Origin: an uncultured Bacillota bacterium
GTDB taxonomy: Bacteria > Bacillota > Dehalobacteriia > UBA7702
Assembly: GCA_934702375.1 (NCBI GenBank)
Contig: CAKUYE010000013.1
Location: forward strand, 1,564 to 65,563
Reading direction: 5' to 3'
Length of the DNA: 64,000 bases
Position 1 is the first letter of the stretch; each line of letters begins with the position of its first letter. The notes below the pieces were generated by a model. It saw nothing but the letters and a program-made list of their open reading frames with translations. It searched no databases and was not told where the DNA came from. The translations under genes and the position numbers were made by a program. Below, piece after piece: positions 9,173-19,281 of the stretch.

Positions 9173-10431
9173 TTGTTTTCCTTCTTTTCGTTTAGCTGAA
9201 AGAGTTCTCCCAATATTTCGGCATAATGAGCACGTTTCTCATCGTTTTTGATACTTTTTAATGCAATAATGGGATTGCGTACTGCTTTTTTCAGTGCCGA
9301 TTCCATGGTTCGGTGAATAATCTTCTGCTCTCTGCTATTGACATTGAGCTTTTTGAACATATAACCAAGATGCTCTTCCAGGATATCTTCAACGGACTGA
9401 TTGAGGGATTCGATGATGGGATCTTCTGCGGTTCGCTGAAGCCAAGTCAAAAATTCCTCAACAGATCCGTCGATGATCTCTTCTGCTTTTGTTGCCAATG
9501 CTTTTCGGGATGCTTCGTTTTTGGCGGATTCTTCTTTCAGTACGTCGATATTGTAAACATGATATTGGGCAAGATTATTGATTGCGTTATCGATGTTGCG
9601 AGGAATGGCCATGTCCAACATATAAAGGGGCTTTTTACGAGACGGCATTTTTTCTGCTTTCAGGATCAGGTGAGGACATCCCGTCGCTGTGATGACTGCA
9701 TCGACTTCCGCAAGCATATCGTAATAGTTTCCGTAAGGAACAAATTCAGTGCGTGAATCTTCCTTCAATGCTTCGGCGGTTGCGTCTTTGCTGCGATTGC
9801 AAAGAAGTATTTTATGAAAGGGCATTCCTTTACTGTATTGATAAAACAGTTTGCCGATCTTCCCGAAACCAATAATCAAAAGCGTTTTATCGGTAAAAGT
9901 CCCCATTTGTTCTTCTAAAAATTTCAAGCCGATATAGCCGGTGGAAAGGGGAAGTTCTGATATTTTCAGGCGACTTTTGATTTCTTTTGCCGCTTTTATG
10001 GCTTCTTGAAAAAGGCGGTTGAATATTTTGGCAGTATTTTGGAATTGATGGGCAAACTCATACGCTTCTTTGATTTGGCGTAGAATTTCATCCTCGCCGA
10101 CTACGGCAGACTCCAGACCTGCCGCGACTCGAAAAAGATGTTCGATTGCATCGTTATCTCGGTATTGATAGATATAGGAAGCTGCCGTGGGGGATTGAAT
10201 AAATTCCAGGTATGCATCCATAACCTGATTTCGTACCGCATCATTTTTCCACCGATCCAGAAAATATACTTCGCTGCGGTTGCAGGTGGAAAGGATCACA
10301 ACTTCTTCTACTCCGAGGTCAAAAAGGCGCGTTGAAAATTCTATTTTTTGCGTTTCGCTAAAAGCGGCTTTTTCTCGTATTTCCGCATTGCATTGGTGGT
10401 CAATGCCAATGACGGATATATTCAGATTCAC
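9169..10431 (-). CDS. hemA: Glutamyl-tRNA reductase
   Basis: VIGIDHQ...STCNRSEVYF HemA signature. 420 aa. Confidence 0.9.
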   Translation of the reverse strand: MNLNISVIGIDHQCNAEIREKAAFSETQKIEFSTRLFDLGVEEVVILSTCNRSEVYFLDRWKNDAVRNQVMDAYLEFIQSPTAASYIYQYRDNDAIEHLFRVAAGLESAVVGEDEILRQIKEAYEFAHQFQNTAKIFNRLFQEAIKAAKEIKSRLKISELPLSTGYIGLKFLEEQMGTFTDKTLLIIGFGKIGKLFYQYSKGMPFHKILLCNRSKDATAEALKEDSRTEFVPYGNYYDMLAEVDAVITATGCPHLILKAEKMPSRKKPLYMLDMAIPRNIDNAINNLAQYHVYNIDVLKEESAKNEASRKALATKAEEIIDGSVEEFLTWLQRTAEDPIIESLNQSVEDILEEHLGYMFKKLNVNSREQKIIHRTMESALKKAVRNPIIALKSIKNDEKRAHYAEILGELFQLNEKKENK

Positions 10432-11816
10432 GTTATGTTTCCCCTCCTTCGATAGCTTATTGCTGCATCAAGCAGATTTTTTGCAATATCCGGCGCGGAA
10501 TAAAAATGAAAATGAGGGTAGCCGCCGATGGTATTGCCTTTTGCGTATCCTTCCTCCCAAAAAATGGTTTTATTGCGCCGTTGTTTTGTAACGCGGTATA
10601 CGGTAGGATAGCTGCAGCTGTCAATGCGCTTGGTATAGTGAAATTCGTGACCGTTGATGGTAAGCTCCTGTTTCCCGCTTAAAATGGTTTCCCCGGGTAT
10701 CGTTGCTGTCATGTAGCCAAAATGCTGCAACCGGTCGGTCATGGCGAAGTCGAATGGAAAATATCCGGTAAGAGGTGCCGTTTTTCCCTGATAGGTCATG
10801 GTTTTCCCCAGATATATCAAGCCTCCGCATTCGGCATAACAGGGCATACCCTGATCTAAGGTCTGAAAAAGCTGTTCCCGAAACCTGTCATTGGATGCAA
10901 GTTCTTCCAAATAAAGCTCCGGATAGCCGCCGCCAAGGTAGATTCCATCTACTTGAGGCAGCTTTTTATCTTTTAACGGGCTAAAGTAAATCAATTCTGC
11001 GCCAAGCTCCGTTAAAAGGTCTAAATTATCTTGATAGTAAAAATTAAAGGCTTTATCATAGGCCACGCCAAGGGTCACTTTTTCCGTGAGTTTTTGAGGC
11101 AGCGGCGGTTTTGAAGCAGCTCCGGATTCATGTTGTGTTGCTTGGATCAGTGCGTTAAGATCACAATGTTCCATGATGCTCTTTGCTATTTCATCCAGTT
11201 TATGTTTAAGATCCGATATCTCGTCGCTGCAATAGAGACCTAAATGACGGTTATTCAGGGTAAAAACTTCATTTTGGGGGAGATATCCAAAAACCGGCAA
11301 GTTACAATTTTCTTCGATAATTTCTTTAAGGTAAAGAAAGCTGCTCTCGTTTTTTATTTGATTTAAAAGAACTCCGCAGATTTTTGTTTTCGGGGAAAAA
11401 TCCCGAAAACCCTTGATCATAGCTGCTACGGAAAGTGACATCCCGTTTCCGTTGATGATCAGGATCACCGGCAGGTCAAGGATTTGCGCAATATGAGCGG
11501 AGCTTCCTTCCATGGAGTTACCGCTGCGTCCGTCGTAAAGACCCATGACGCCTTCTATGACGGCGATATCGCTGTTTTGCGTGTTTTTTTGAAATAAATA
11601 GCGGATCGTATCTTCAGTGAGCATAAAGCTGTCCAAATTACGGGAGTAGTTTCCTGTGGCTGCATGGTGGTACATCGGATCAATGTAATCGGGGCCGACT
11701 TTAAAAGGTTGTACCCGGTGGCCCTGTTTTGTCAGCGCCGCCATGATTGCCATGGACATGGTGGTTTTGCCGCTGTTGCTTTGCACTGCACTAAGCATGA
11801 ATGCCGATCGTTTCAT
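10428..11816 (-). CDS. cbiA: Cobyrinate a,c-diamide synthase
   Basis: 462 aa. N-terminal P-loop SGKTTMSMAI..FKVGPDYIDP and C-terminal glutamine amidotransferase domain. Confidence 0.9.
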   Translation of the reverse strand: MKRSAFMLSAVQSNSGKTTMSMAIMAALTKQGHRVQPFKVGPDYIDPMYHHAATGNYSRNLDSFMLTEDTIRYLFQKNTQNSDIAVIEGVMGLYDGRSGNSMEGSSAHIAQILDLPVILIINGNGMSLSVAAMIKGFRDFSPKTKICGVLLNQIKNESSFLYLKEIIEENCNLPVFGYLPQNEVFTLNNRHLGLYCSDEISDLKHKLDEIAKSIMEHCDLNALIQATQHESGAASKPPLPQKLTEKVTLGVAYDKAFNFYYQDNLDLLTELGAELIYFSPLKDKKLPQVDGIYLGGGYPELYLEELASNDRFREQLFQTLDQGMPCYAECGGLIYLGKTMTYQGKTAPLTGYFPFDFAMTDRLQHFGYMTATIPGETILSGKQELTINGHEFHYTKRIDSCSYPTVYRVTKQRRNKTIFWEEGYAKGNTIGGYPHFHFYSAPDIAKNLLDAAISYRRRGNIT

Positions 11817-12569
11817 TTAGGACCTCCTGATTTCCCGGATCACCGCTTCTATGGTGTGAAATACGTTCTCTTCCTTCCTCGGACGGTCAATGACCAGCAG
11901 TGGAATATTGAGAGCTTTGGCCGCAGCGTATTTTTCATTAAGACCACCGGTTTTGCCGCTGTCTTTTGTTACGATGCAGCCTGCATGAATTTCTTGAGCC
12001 AATGCAATATTCAGGGCTGTGGAAGCCACGCCTTTCATTGCGAAGATCCTGCTGCTGTCAACGCCGTTGCGTTCCAGAGAAGCAAGAACATTATGATCTG
12101 CCAAAACCCGCATGTAGCAGCGGTCCTTCAATTGTGGATCGTCAAGGAAGGGCTGGAGCTGATGACTGCCGATGGTAAGAAAAATATTTCCGGAAAGCTT
12201 TGCCGCATAGGCTGCTGCCGCAGATACCGTTGGGAAGCGAAATACACCTTTGGTGCCGGTAAAAGATTCCCGTTCAAACCGAATAAAGGGAATTTGTTGT
12301 TGGTTTGCGGCAGATTTTGCATTTCGAGTTACTTCTGCGGCAAAAGGGTGGCTGCAATCGACCACATGGCTAATGTTGTGTTTCCTTATCAGCGTTTCAA
12401 AGCCGGAGGTATCAAGAGGACCGTAAACGGTAAAAATACGTTCTCCCGAAATGGTGGCTTTTGCGCCAAGTTCAGAGCAAACGGACACCAGTGCGGTGCA
12501 GTCATCGGGCAGTTGTTTCAGAAAGTTGTTGCTGTCTGCGGTGCCGCCGATGACGAGCAGGTTTTTCAT
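11817..12569 (-). CDS. cbiJ: Cobalt-precorrin-6A reductase
   Basis: 250 aa. MKNLLVIGGTADS N-terminus typical of CbiJ/CobK. Confidence 0.85.
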   Translation of the reverse strand: MKNLLVIGGTADSNNFLKQLPDDCTALVSVCSELGAKATISGERIFTVYGPLDTSGFETLIRKHNISHVVDCSHPFAAEVTRNAKSAANQQQIPFIRFERESFTGTKGVFRFPTVSAAAAYAAKLSGNIFLTIGSHQLQPFLDDPQLKDRCYMRVLADHNVLASLERNGVDSSRIFAMKGVASTALNIALAQEIHAGCIVTKDSGKTGGLNEKYAAAKALNIPLLVIDRPRKEENVFHTIEAVIREIRRS

Positions 12570-13309
12570 GATTTTTTCCTTTTCTTTTGGAGATACCCTC
12601 GAGGTGTAACCATAATGTCATTGTAGACGTAGGTATCCTTATTCCCGATGAATACCGTGGTAAACATATCAACATCCTCGATTTTCATTTCTTTCAGGGT
12701 GGTGAGAATGACTTCCTCACCTTCTCTGCCAATGTTTTTTACGATTCCCACCGGTGTGGTTTCCGGTTTGCTGCGGAGCATTAATTCCCGGGCTTCCTCC
12801 AGGAGTGTGGGGCGGCCTTTGCTTCTGGGGTTATAAAGAACGATTACAAAATCTGCTTCCGCTGCGAGGCGAACCCTTTTTTTGATCAGTTCCCAAGGAG
12901 TAAGTCGGTCACTAAGGCTGATAATTGCAAAGTCGTGCATCAAGGGGGCTCCGAGGAGTGCTGCGCCGGTGGAAGCTGCGGTGATGCCGGGAATGGATAT
13001 GATCTCAATATCTCTGCCCTTGACCAGCTCTAAAAGGAGTCCCGCCATGCCGTATACTCCGGGGTCGCCGCTGCAGATCATGGCAACGGTTTTGCCTTCT
13101 TCTGCCTTTTTTAATGCCATTTCGCAGCGTTTTACCTCGGCGGTCATCCCCGTTTGGAGAAATTCCTTTTCCGGGAAATAGGGGCGAACTAAATCAATAT
13201 AGGTGGTATAGCCTGCAATGATATCCGCTTTGTCTAAAGTGCGAAAGGCTTTGATTGTCATTTGATCCTGGCTGCCGGGGCCGATGCCTACAACATAAAA
13301 TTTTTGCAT
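12566..13309 (-). CDS. cbiH: Cobalt-precorrin-3B C17-methyltransferase
   Basis: 247 aa. FYVVGIGPGSQDQMTIKA...ICSGDPGVYGMA tetrapyrrole methylase. Confidence 0.9.
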   Translation of the reverse strand: MQKFYVVGIGPGSQDQMTIKAFRTLDKADIIAGYTTYIDLVRPYFPEKEFLQTGMTAEVKRCEMALKKAEEGKTVAMICSGDPGVYGMAGLLLELVKGRDIEIISIPGITAASTGAALLGAPLMHDFAIISLSDRLTPWELIKKRVRLAAEADFVIVLYNPRSKGRPTLLEEARELMLRSKPETTPVGIVKNIGREGEEVILTTLKEMKIEDVDMFTTVFIGNKDTYVYNDIMVTPRGYLQKKRKKS

Positions 13310-13320
13310 ACGATACTCCT

Positions 13321-14343
13321 CTATAAATCTAAACGAATTTCAGTTGGGCATTCTGCCAAGCTGAAGGTGATTCCATGGTATTTTGTTTTGGGAATCAAGG
13401 TACTGCCACCGTTGGAAAAACAAAGGGCGGCGGCTTCTGCCACCGATGTCGTACCGGTAACGGCTTCTACATAAGCGGATCCTTGATCCGCCGGCGTATA
13501 GTTTTTCAATGTTTCAGCAGTTTCTGTTTGGAATGGGATATTTAAATATTCTGCCAGACGAAGAAGTCCGGGTTCATTTGCTTTCAAGTCAATAGAAACC
13601 ATTTGCCTGAGGGCAGATCCTACATATTTTGTTTCTTTGAGAAAATCATGGAAGGCTGTTTTCAATTCCTCAAAGGGTTTTCCTTTGCGGCAGCCGACTC
13701 CCAGAATTAAATTTTGGGGACAAAGAATCAGGGCATTTCCCTTGTGTGTAAGGATCTGATTGGAAATGATAACATCTGCATTTTGAGGTTTCCCCGTTAA
13801 GGTGATGCCTTGGGGAATCCTTTGAGTGTCGGCATAGGGACAATACAGCTTAATATCGTCGCCGTTTACTAAGCGGCTGCTGATGGCTGCCAATTTGGAG
13901 AGATCCTCAATGACGCAATCGTTTTTCCGGGCAATCAGATCAAAGGCCGGCTTACGGTTGATGTCTGTTGCCGTGGTGATTACCGCTGTTGCTCGGATTC
14001 CTTCTGCAATTTCCTCTGCCAGTGCATTTGCTCCGCCCAAATGTCCGCTAAGCAAACTAATGGAAAATCGGCCTCTTTCATCGCAAACCACAACCGCGGG
14101 GTCGCGATCTTTTTTTGTAATCAATGGTGCGATGGTTCGTACGGCGATTCCTGTGGCCATGATGAAAACAAAGGCTTCGTACTGAAGAAAAATTTCTTCC
14201 ATCAGCACTTTTATGGGTTTCGTCAGATGAATTTCATTTTCTGTCTGGGGATATTTGCTGTAAATATCCCCTCCGGTGATGATGTGGATTTTTTTTGCGA
14301 TAATACTTCCGTTTTTGGTCAGAGATACGATTGCTGTTTTCAT
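13321..14343 (-). CDS. cbiG: Cobalt-precorrin-5A hydrolase
   Basis: 340 aa. CbiG N- and C-terminal domains (…LILGVGCRKG…). Confidence 0.85.
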   Translation of the reverse strand: MKTAIVSLTKNGSIIAKKIHIITGGDIYSKYPQTENEIHLTKPIKVLMEEIFLQYEAFVFIMATGIAVRTIAPLITKKDRDPAVVVCDERGRFSISLLSGHLGGANALAEEIAEGIRATAVITTATDINRKPAFDLIARKNDCVIEDLSKLAAISSRLVNGDDIKLYCPYADTQRIPQGITLTGKPQNADVIISNQILTHKGNALILCPQNLILGVGCRKGKPFEELKTAFHDFLKETKYVGSALRQMVSIDLKANEPGLLRLAEYLNIPFQTETAETLKNYTPADQGSAYVEAVTGTTSVAEAAALCFSNGGSTLIPKTKYHGITFSLAECPTEIRLDL

Positions 14344-15557
14344 TTTCGTTCTCCACTGACGATGGTGATGGGATTCATACCCATCATGAGATGTTTTGTT
14401 CCTGCGGTTTTGCTGCGGGATATGGCGGCCTGAATGATTTCGATATCTTCAAATCCGCATTCCTTTAATCCTGTCAGGGCTTCACTGACGGATTCCACGG
14501 TGATTGCGGAGATTACCACACGGAGAGGTCCGCTTTTATAGTGGTGCAGCAGTGCGTTCATATTACCGCCGCTGCCGCCGATGAAAAGGCGATCCGGTTG
14601 AAAATCCTTGGGAATGTCTGTCGGGGCAGTGCCTTCGACTAAGGTAATATTATCCAGCCCAAAGCGGTCAATGTTTTTTTTGCATAGTGCTGCGGCGGCG
14701 GGAGAGCGTTCGATGGTGCATACTTTGCCTTCCTGTGCCAGTAATGCCATTTCAATGGTACAAGAGCCGCTTCCGGCACCGATTTCCAAAATATTGGAAT
14801 CGGGACGCAGGCGGAGTTTGCTCATAATCAGCCCTCGAATTTCGCTTTTGGTCATAGGAACTTCATCGCGAAGAAAGTAGCTGTCCGGCAATCCCGGAGT
14901 GAGATAAGGCCAGGGACCATTCTTTGCATTGGGATTTTCTGCGATGACGATGCTGAGATCTCCGAAGTCTTTTGTCGAGATCTCTGCCGGTGTTCCCGAG
15001 AATATTCGTTCCGAAGGATAGGAGAGGTTTTCCCCTACGGTAAGGGTAACCTCTGAAAAAAGTGGGTGCGTAAGGGCTTTGCCAATGGTTGTCGGGGTGT
15101 TTTCTCCGCCGGTAAAAATCGCGGTGACCTTATTTTGGGCCACGGTGTTTCGCAGATTCAATGAGTGATTGCCATGAAGTGTTACGATTTTTATTTCATT
15201 CCATTTCAAATCCCGTTTTGCCATCAGGTATTGAAGGGAGCTGATTCCCGGGAGAACCTGAAAGTGGATTTGAGGTAGTTTTTTTTGCAGGTAGGAGCTG
15301 ATGCTGAAAAGCCCCGTATCGCCGGAGGCCAGCACCACAATGGACTTTTCTTGCCAATGTTCTGCAATGTAGTTTACCGCAGCGTTAAGGTTTCGGTCCA
15401 ATGGAATTTTTTCTACATTATATATATAGGAGAATTCCTCCAGATTGCGTTTCCCGCCGATGAGTACGTCGGCCGCTTCAATATGTTTTTTTGCAATAGG
15501 ACAAAGGAAATCCGGATTTCCCGGGCCGATTCCTGCAATACAGGGGCTATTGCTCAT
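14340..15557 (-). CDS. cbiET: Cobalt-precorrin-6B/7 C5,C15-methyltransferase (decarboxylating), CbiE-CbiT fusion (CobL type)
   Basis: 405 aa. N-terminal tetrapyrrole methylase. C-terminal class I SAM methyltransferase motif LEIGAGSGSCTIE. Confidence 0.85.
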   Translation of the reverse strand: MSNSPCIAGIGPGNPDFLCPIAKKHIEAADVLIGGKRNLEEFSYIYNVEKIPLDRNLNAAVNYIAEHWQEKSIVVLASGDTGLFSISSYLQKKLPQIHFQVLPGISSLQYLMAKRDLKWNEIKIVTLHGNHSLNLRNTVAQNKVTAIFTGGENTPTTIGKALTHPLFSEVTLTVGENLSYPSERIFSGTPAEISTKDFGDLSIVIAENPNAKNGPWPYLTPGLPDSYFLRDEVPMTKSEIRGLIMSKLRLRPDSNILEIGAGSGSCTIEMALLAQEGKVCTIERSPAAAALCKKNIDRFGLDNITLVEGTAPTDIPKDFQPDRLFIGGSGGNMNALLHHYKSGPLRVVISAITVESVSEALTGLKECGFEDIEIIQAAISRSKTAGTKHLMMGMNPITIVSGERK

Positions 15558-16665
15558 CCGTTGCCAACTCCTTTAATATGGATTCTGCATCGTTATCACA
15601 GTATAGCAGTTTATTTTCATCGCCAAAGACCATGGAGCCAAAGGTAATCTCGTTGTAGGTGTAGCTTTTGCAGCGTGCCGTTGCATTTTCTGCAATACGC
15701 TGATAGATTTCCTCCAAATGCTCTCTGGCAATGATCTCTGCTGCTGCGGATGTTGTTTTGCATTGATACAATTCTTCTAAAACGGTTTTTGATGCACCGG
15801 CCAGACCGGCGTATGCGGTAATGATCTCCATGCGGCAATCGGCTTTGCGACTGTGAGTCTGAAAGATACCGCCGGCAACTTTTACCAGCTTTCCAAGGTG
15901 TCCTACCAGGAGAATCTTTTGGAATCCCAGTTCCATGCCGCAATCCAGCATAAAACCGATATAATTGCTGATTTTAATGACTCTTTTTTCGTCGATTTTT
16001 TTGCTTTTTAAAAAGCTGATGCCGTAATTGCCGAAGGCAAAAATCGCAGTGTCAAAGCCTCGTTCCCGGAGTATATTGAGCTCCAGGCGCAAGCTTTCTT
16101 TTAAGGCGTCCTCGGACATCGGATGAACAATGCCGGTGCTGCCTAAAATGGATAAGCCGCCGATGATCCCCAATTTGGGATTGAAGGTGCGGCGAGCGAC
16201 TTCTTCGCCGCCGGGAATGTAAATCAGTACGTCGGCTCCTTTTCCTTTTGGGAGGACGGTGGTGAGGTTCACTTTTATCATTTCTCGAGGCACGGGATTA
16301 ATGGCGGCGTCACCAATTGGCACTTTTAATCCCTTCAAGGTAACCCTTCCGACACCCTCACCACCGTCAATGTGGATCTCGTCACCGTCGTTCAGGGTCA
16401 CTTTGGCATATATGGAGAGGCCGGTGGTGATATCTGGATCGTCACCGCCGTCCTTCTGAATTGCTGCGGTTGCATAATTCCCTGTGGCTTCACACAGTTC
16501 CAAGGGGAGTTGTGCATTTTTTCCATCAGGTAAGATAACATCTATTTTATCTCCGGGAGCTTTGCCTAACAGCATCAAGGCTGCGGCTTTTGCAGCTCCT
16601 GCGGCACAGGTTCCTGTAGTAAAGCCTGTGCGGAGTTTTTTTCTTTGCAAAGGATGAACTGTCAT
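15547..16665 (-). CDS. cbiD: Cobalt-precorrin-5B C1-methyltransferase
   Basis: 372 aa. LRTGFTTGTCAAGAAKAA signature. Confidence 0.9.
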   Translation of the reverse strand: MTVHPLQRKKLRTGFTTGTCAAGAAKAAALMLLGKAPGDKIDVILPDGKNAQLPLELCEATGNYATAAIQKDGGDDPDITTGLSIYAKVTLNDGDEIHIDGGEGVGRVTLKGLKVPIGDAAINPVPREMIKVNLTTVLPKGKGADVLIYIPGGEEVARRTFNPKLGIIGGLSILGSTGIVHPMSEDALKESLRLELNILRERGFDTAIFAFGNYGISFLKSKKIDEKRVIKISNYIGFMLDCGMELGFQKILLVGHLGKLVKVAGGIFQTHSRKADCRMEIITAYAGLAGASKTVLEELYQCKTTSAAAEIIAREHLEEIYQRIAENATARCKSYTYNEITFGSMVFGDENKLLYCDNDAESILKELATDEQ

Positions 16666-17297
16666 AGTGTTTTCAAGGCCTCAAGCATTAGTGCATTTAC
16701 GATGGCGGCAGCCACATTGCTGCCGCCTTTACGGCCTTTGGCGATGATGTAGGGTACATCTAATGACATGAACAGTTCTTTTGATTCGACAACATTTACG
16801 AATCCTACCGGTACACCGATGACCAGTTCCGGCTGGAGTTGCCCTTTTTTGATCAGGTCATGTAATTCGATTAATGCGGTGGGAGCATTGCCGATGGCAA
16901 ATATCTTTTTCCCCGGAATCGTTGCTGCATAGGTCATGGCTTGTACCGCTCTGGTTGTTCCTGCGGCTTTTGCCATGTCTGCAATATGGGGGTCTGCGAT
17001 ATAGCAGGCTTTCTCTGAATGAAGTTTTTGTAAATTTACTTTATTGATCCCGGAAAAAGCCATATTTGTATCGGTAATTACGGTACAACCGCTTTTTAAG
17101 GCGGTGATGCCCTGGTCTATGGCATTGTTGGCAAAGATAAGGTTTTCGGCATAGTCAAAATCGGCACTGGTATGAATAACGCGTTTTACGATATTGATCT
17201 GTTTTGCGGTAAAATGATGTTCTCCCAGTTCTTTGCCGATGATCTCAAAGCTTCGTTTTTCTATTTCCTGAGGTTTTACGATTTCAATGTGAGTCAT
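16662..17297 (-). CDS. cbiC: Cobalt-precorrin-8 methylmutase
   Basis: 211 aa. CbiC/CobH fold (…VIHTSADFDY…). Confidence 0.85.
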   Translation of the reverse strand: MTHIEIVKPQEIEKRSFEIIGKELGEHHFTAKQINIVKRVIHTSADFDYAENLIFANNAIDQGITALKSGCTVITDTNMAFSGINKVNLQKLHSEKACYIADPHIADMAKAAGTTRAVQAMTYAATIPGKKIFAIGNAPTALIELHDLIKKGQLQPELVIGVPVGFVNVVESKELFMSLDVPYIIAKGRKGGSNVAAAIVNALMLEALKTL

Positions 17298-17310
17298 AGC
17301 TCCTCCTCTT

Positions 17311-18810
17311 TTACTGCCGGTTTCCTCTTTTTTCTAATAATTCCAGAATGTAATCCATATCAAGATACTGCTTCATGTATTCTCCCAGTTTGTTGTATTG
17401 GGCCTGTTTCTGCTTTGCCGTATCAATCGGATCCTTTTCCGGAAGTCCTTTTTCTTTTCGGATCTGGTTTAACCATAAGCAACGAAAGTTGTCATTGTGA
17501 AAAATATTATGAATATAGCTGCCGCCGCGGTGAAGCTCTTTGTCTGCGTAGCCGTCGGCAACTCCCTGAATTTCCCACATGGGAAGAAATTTTTGATCCG
17601 TTGCTTCGGTGCGTCCCAGATGGATCTCATAACCGGCAACATTCATTTCCTCGGTAAGGGGGTGTATCCCTTTGGCATTGATTGCGCAAACACGCTTTTC
17701 CGGACAGAACCGGGTGGTTACCGGCAGCAATCCCAAACCATCTTTTTTATAACCTTTATAACCGGGGCGGAAGTCGATACCTTCTTCGTCAATGAGTGTT
17801 TCTCCCATGATTTGATATCCTCCGCAAATGCCGTAAATCGAACCTTGAAAGGCTTTGAGCTTTTTGTCCAGTCCCTGTTCCTCTAAATATTCCAGATCGG
17901 CAATGGTGCTTTTTGTTCCGGGGAGGATGATGCCGTCATATCTGCTTAAATCTTCGTTGGGATCGATGAAGTTTACGGAAACGTCCTGTTCATATTGAAA
18001 TGCTTCCATATCGGTATGATTGGAGATAAAGGGCAATCGCACGATGCCGATATGCAGAGCTTCCTGACTTTGGTTATTTTTGAGGAAATTGATGCTGAGG
18101 GAGTCTTCGCCTTCGATATGGATATCGTCGAAGTAGGGGAGAACCCCAACGACTTTTACGCCGGTATAATTTTCGGTCCAGCGGACGGCATCGTCAAAGA
18201 GGGAGATATCTCCCCGGAATTGGTTGAAGATAATGCCTTTAATGCGCTTGCGGTTTTCTCCTACCAACTCCAATGTCCCTACGACAGATGCAAGAGCGCC
18301 GCCTTTGTTGATGTCTACCACCAGGATTACCGGTACATTGGCTTCCTCGGCTACGCACATATTGACGATTTCCTTGTCGTTGAGATTAACTTCTGCCGGG
18401 CTGCCTGCACCTTCGATAACGACCGCATCATAATGGTCTTCAATGATCTTCAGTGCTTTTCGGAGTGACTCCAGACCTTTGGAGCGGGTGAATGTTTCCT
18501 GATATTCTCTGCCGGACATCGATTTATAGACTTCTCCAAATAAAACCACTTCGGAACAGCAGTTTTCTTTGGGCTTCAGAAGAATTGGATTCATATATGT
18601 CTCCGGTTGGATACCGGCGGCTTCTGCCTGCACGCCTTGGGCCCGACCGATTTCTTTTCCGTCATAGGTCACGTAGGAATTGTTCGACATATTTTGACTT
18701 TTAAAGGGCGATACTTTATATCCCATATCACTGAGGATTTTGCAAAGCCCTGTGGCAACATAACTTTTTCCTGCATCGCTGGTGCAGCCCTGGATCATGA
18801 TTCCCTTCAT
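17311..18810 (-). CDS. cobQ: Cobyric acid synthase
   Basis: CbiP/CobQ. P-loop GCTSDAGKS. C-terminal GATase domain. Start set to MKGIMIQG (RBS aaaggag 8 nt upstream). The ORF-track start at 18846 lies inside the terminator hairpin. Confidence 0.9.
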   Translation of the reverse strand: MKGIMIQGCTSDAGKSYVATGLCKILSDMGYKVSPFKSQNMSNNSYVTYDGKEIGRAQGVQAEAAGIQPETYMNPILLKPKENCCSEVVLFGEVYKSMSGREYQETFTRSKGLESLRKALKIIEDHYDAVVIEGAGSPAEVNLNDKEIVNMCVAEEANVPVILVVDINKGGALASVVGTLELVGENRKRIKGIIFNQFRGDISLFDDAVRWTENYTGVKVVGVLPYFDDIHIEGEDSLSINFLKNNQSQEALHIGIVRLPFISNHTDMEAFQYEQDVSVNFIDPNEDLSRYDGIILPGTKSTIADLEYLEEQGLDKKLKAFQGSIYGICGGYQIMGETLIDEEGIDFRPGYKGYKKDGLGLLPVTTRFCPEKRVCAINAKGIHPLTEEMNVAGYEIHLGRTEATDQKFLPMWEIQGVADGYADKELHRGGSYIHNIFHNDNFRCLWLNQIRKEKGLPEKDPIDTAKQKQAQYNKLGEYMKQYLDMDYILELLEKRGNRQ

Positions 18811-18840
18811 CTTGCAGCTCCTTTCTTCGTAAAAACGAAA

Positions 18841-18875
18841 AACCACTCCCCGGGGAGTGGTTTGAGTATAGCAAG
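18841..18875 (-). terminator. Intrinsic terminator immediately upstream of the cobQ RBS, the putative riboswitch-controlled attenuator
   Basis: On the minus strand: ccactccccggggagtgg followed by tttttcgttttt, about 25 nt before the cobQ RBS. Confidence 0.7.
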
Positions 18876-18957
18876 TAACGTATCAAAGTCCATTGGCAAG
18901 GGCGGTTTATGCTTGGCGAAAGAAAACGCTTGAACAGTGTTGCTTTGATCGTTTTGG

Positions 18958-19076
18958 AAAATTATATATCAAAAAAACTCTGCCCAGGAGAAAAGCATGC
19001 TGATAGAAACTGCCCCTGCGACAAAGTGTTTTGATAGAAAACTATATATATCAAAAACTCTACCCAGGAGAAAAGC
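18958..19076. repeat. Tandem direct duplication (two ~39-nt near-identical units with an ~81-bp period) inside the cobQ leader
   Basis: Units at ~18958-18996 and ~19037-19076 share tatatatcaaaaa(aa)ctct(g/a)cccaggagaaaagca, about 36 of 39 positions. The spacer contains tgatagaaa twice. Confidence 0.7.
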
Positions 19077-19089
19077 AAATATCTGCTTT

Positions 19090-19270
19090 CAAAACAACGG
19101 CAAGTTTACCGACTTAACATCACCCTCCGGGACGCCTTCCCATTTCCTTAGAAACAGTGGCATTTGTCCTTTCGTCCGTATCACGGTTGCTGGGACAGTA
19201 CAGGAATACCTGTTTTCCTTTTACGTTCATTGGCAGAGATTGTCAACCTTTGAAGTGCCGTTGTGAAATA
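19090..19270 (-). promoter_or_regulatory. Cobalamin riboswitch (minus strand) controlling the cbi/hem operon
   Basis: On the minus strand: ...AGGAA...GGTattcc...GCCACTG...GGGAAGGCgtcccgg...AAGTCGGTAAACTTGCC (B12 box). It lies downstream of a -35/-10 promoter and upstream of the cobQ attenuator terminator. Confidence 0.6.
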
Positions 19271-19281
19271 TTGATTTTTGA

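Noticed and set aside
18958-19076. CRISPR-like array (direct repeats) in the cobQ leader
   Set aside because: Only two copies. 39-nt units with an 81-bp period inside a riboswitch leader. No cas genes. More consistent with a local tandem duplication.
18997-19266. Plus-strand 89-aa ORF starting at an RBS-like aggag + ATG inside repeat unit 1
   Set aside because: It runs antisense through the minus-strand riboswitch aptamer, shows no recognisable domain, and the second repeat copy lacks the ATG. Judged a by-product of the repeat sequence.
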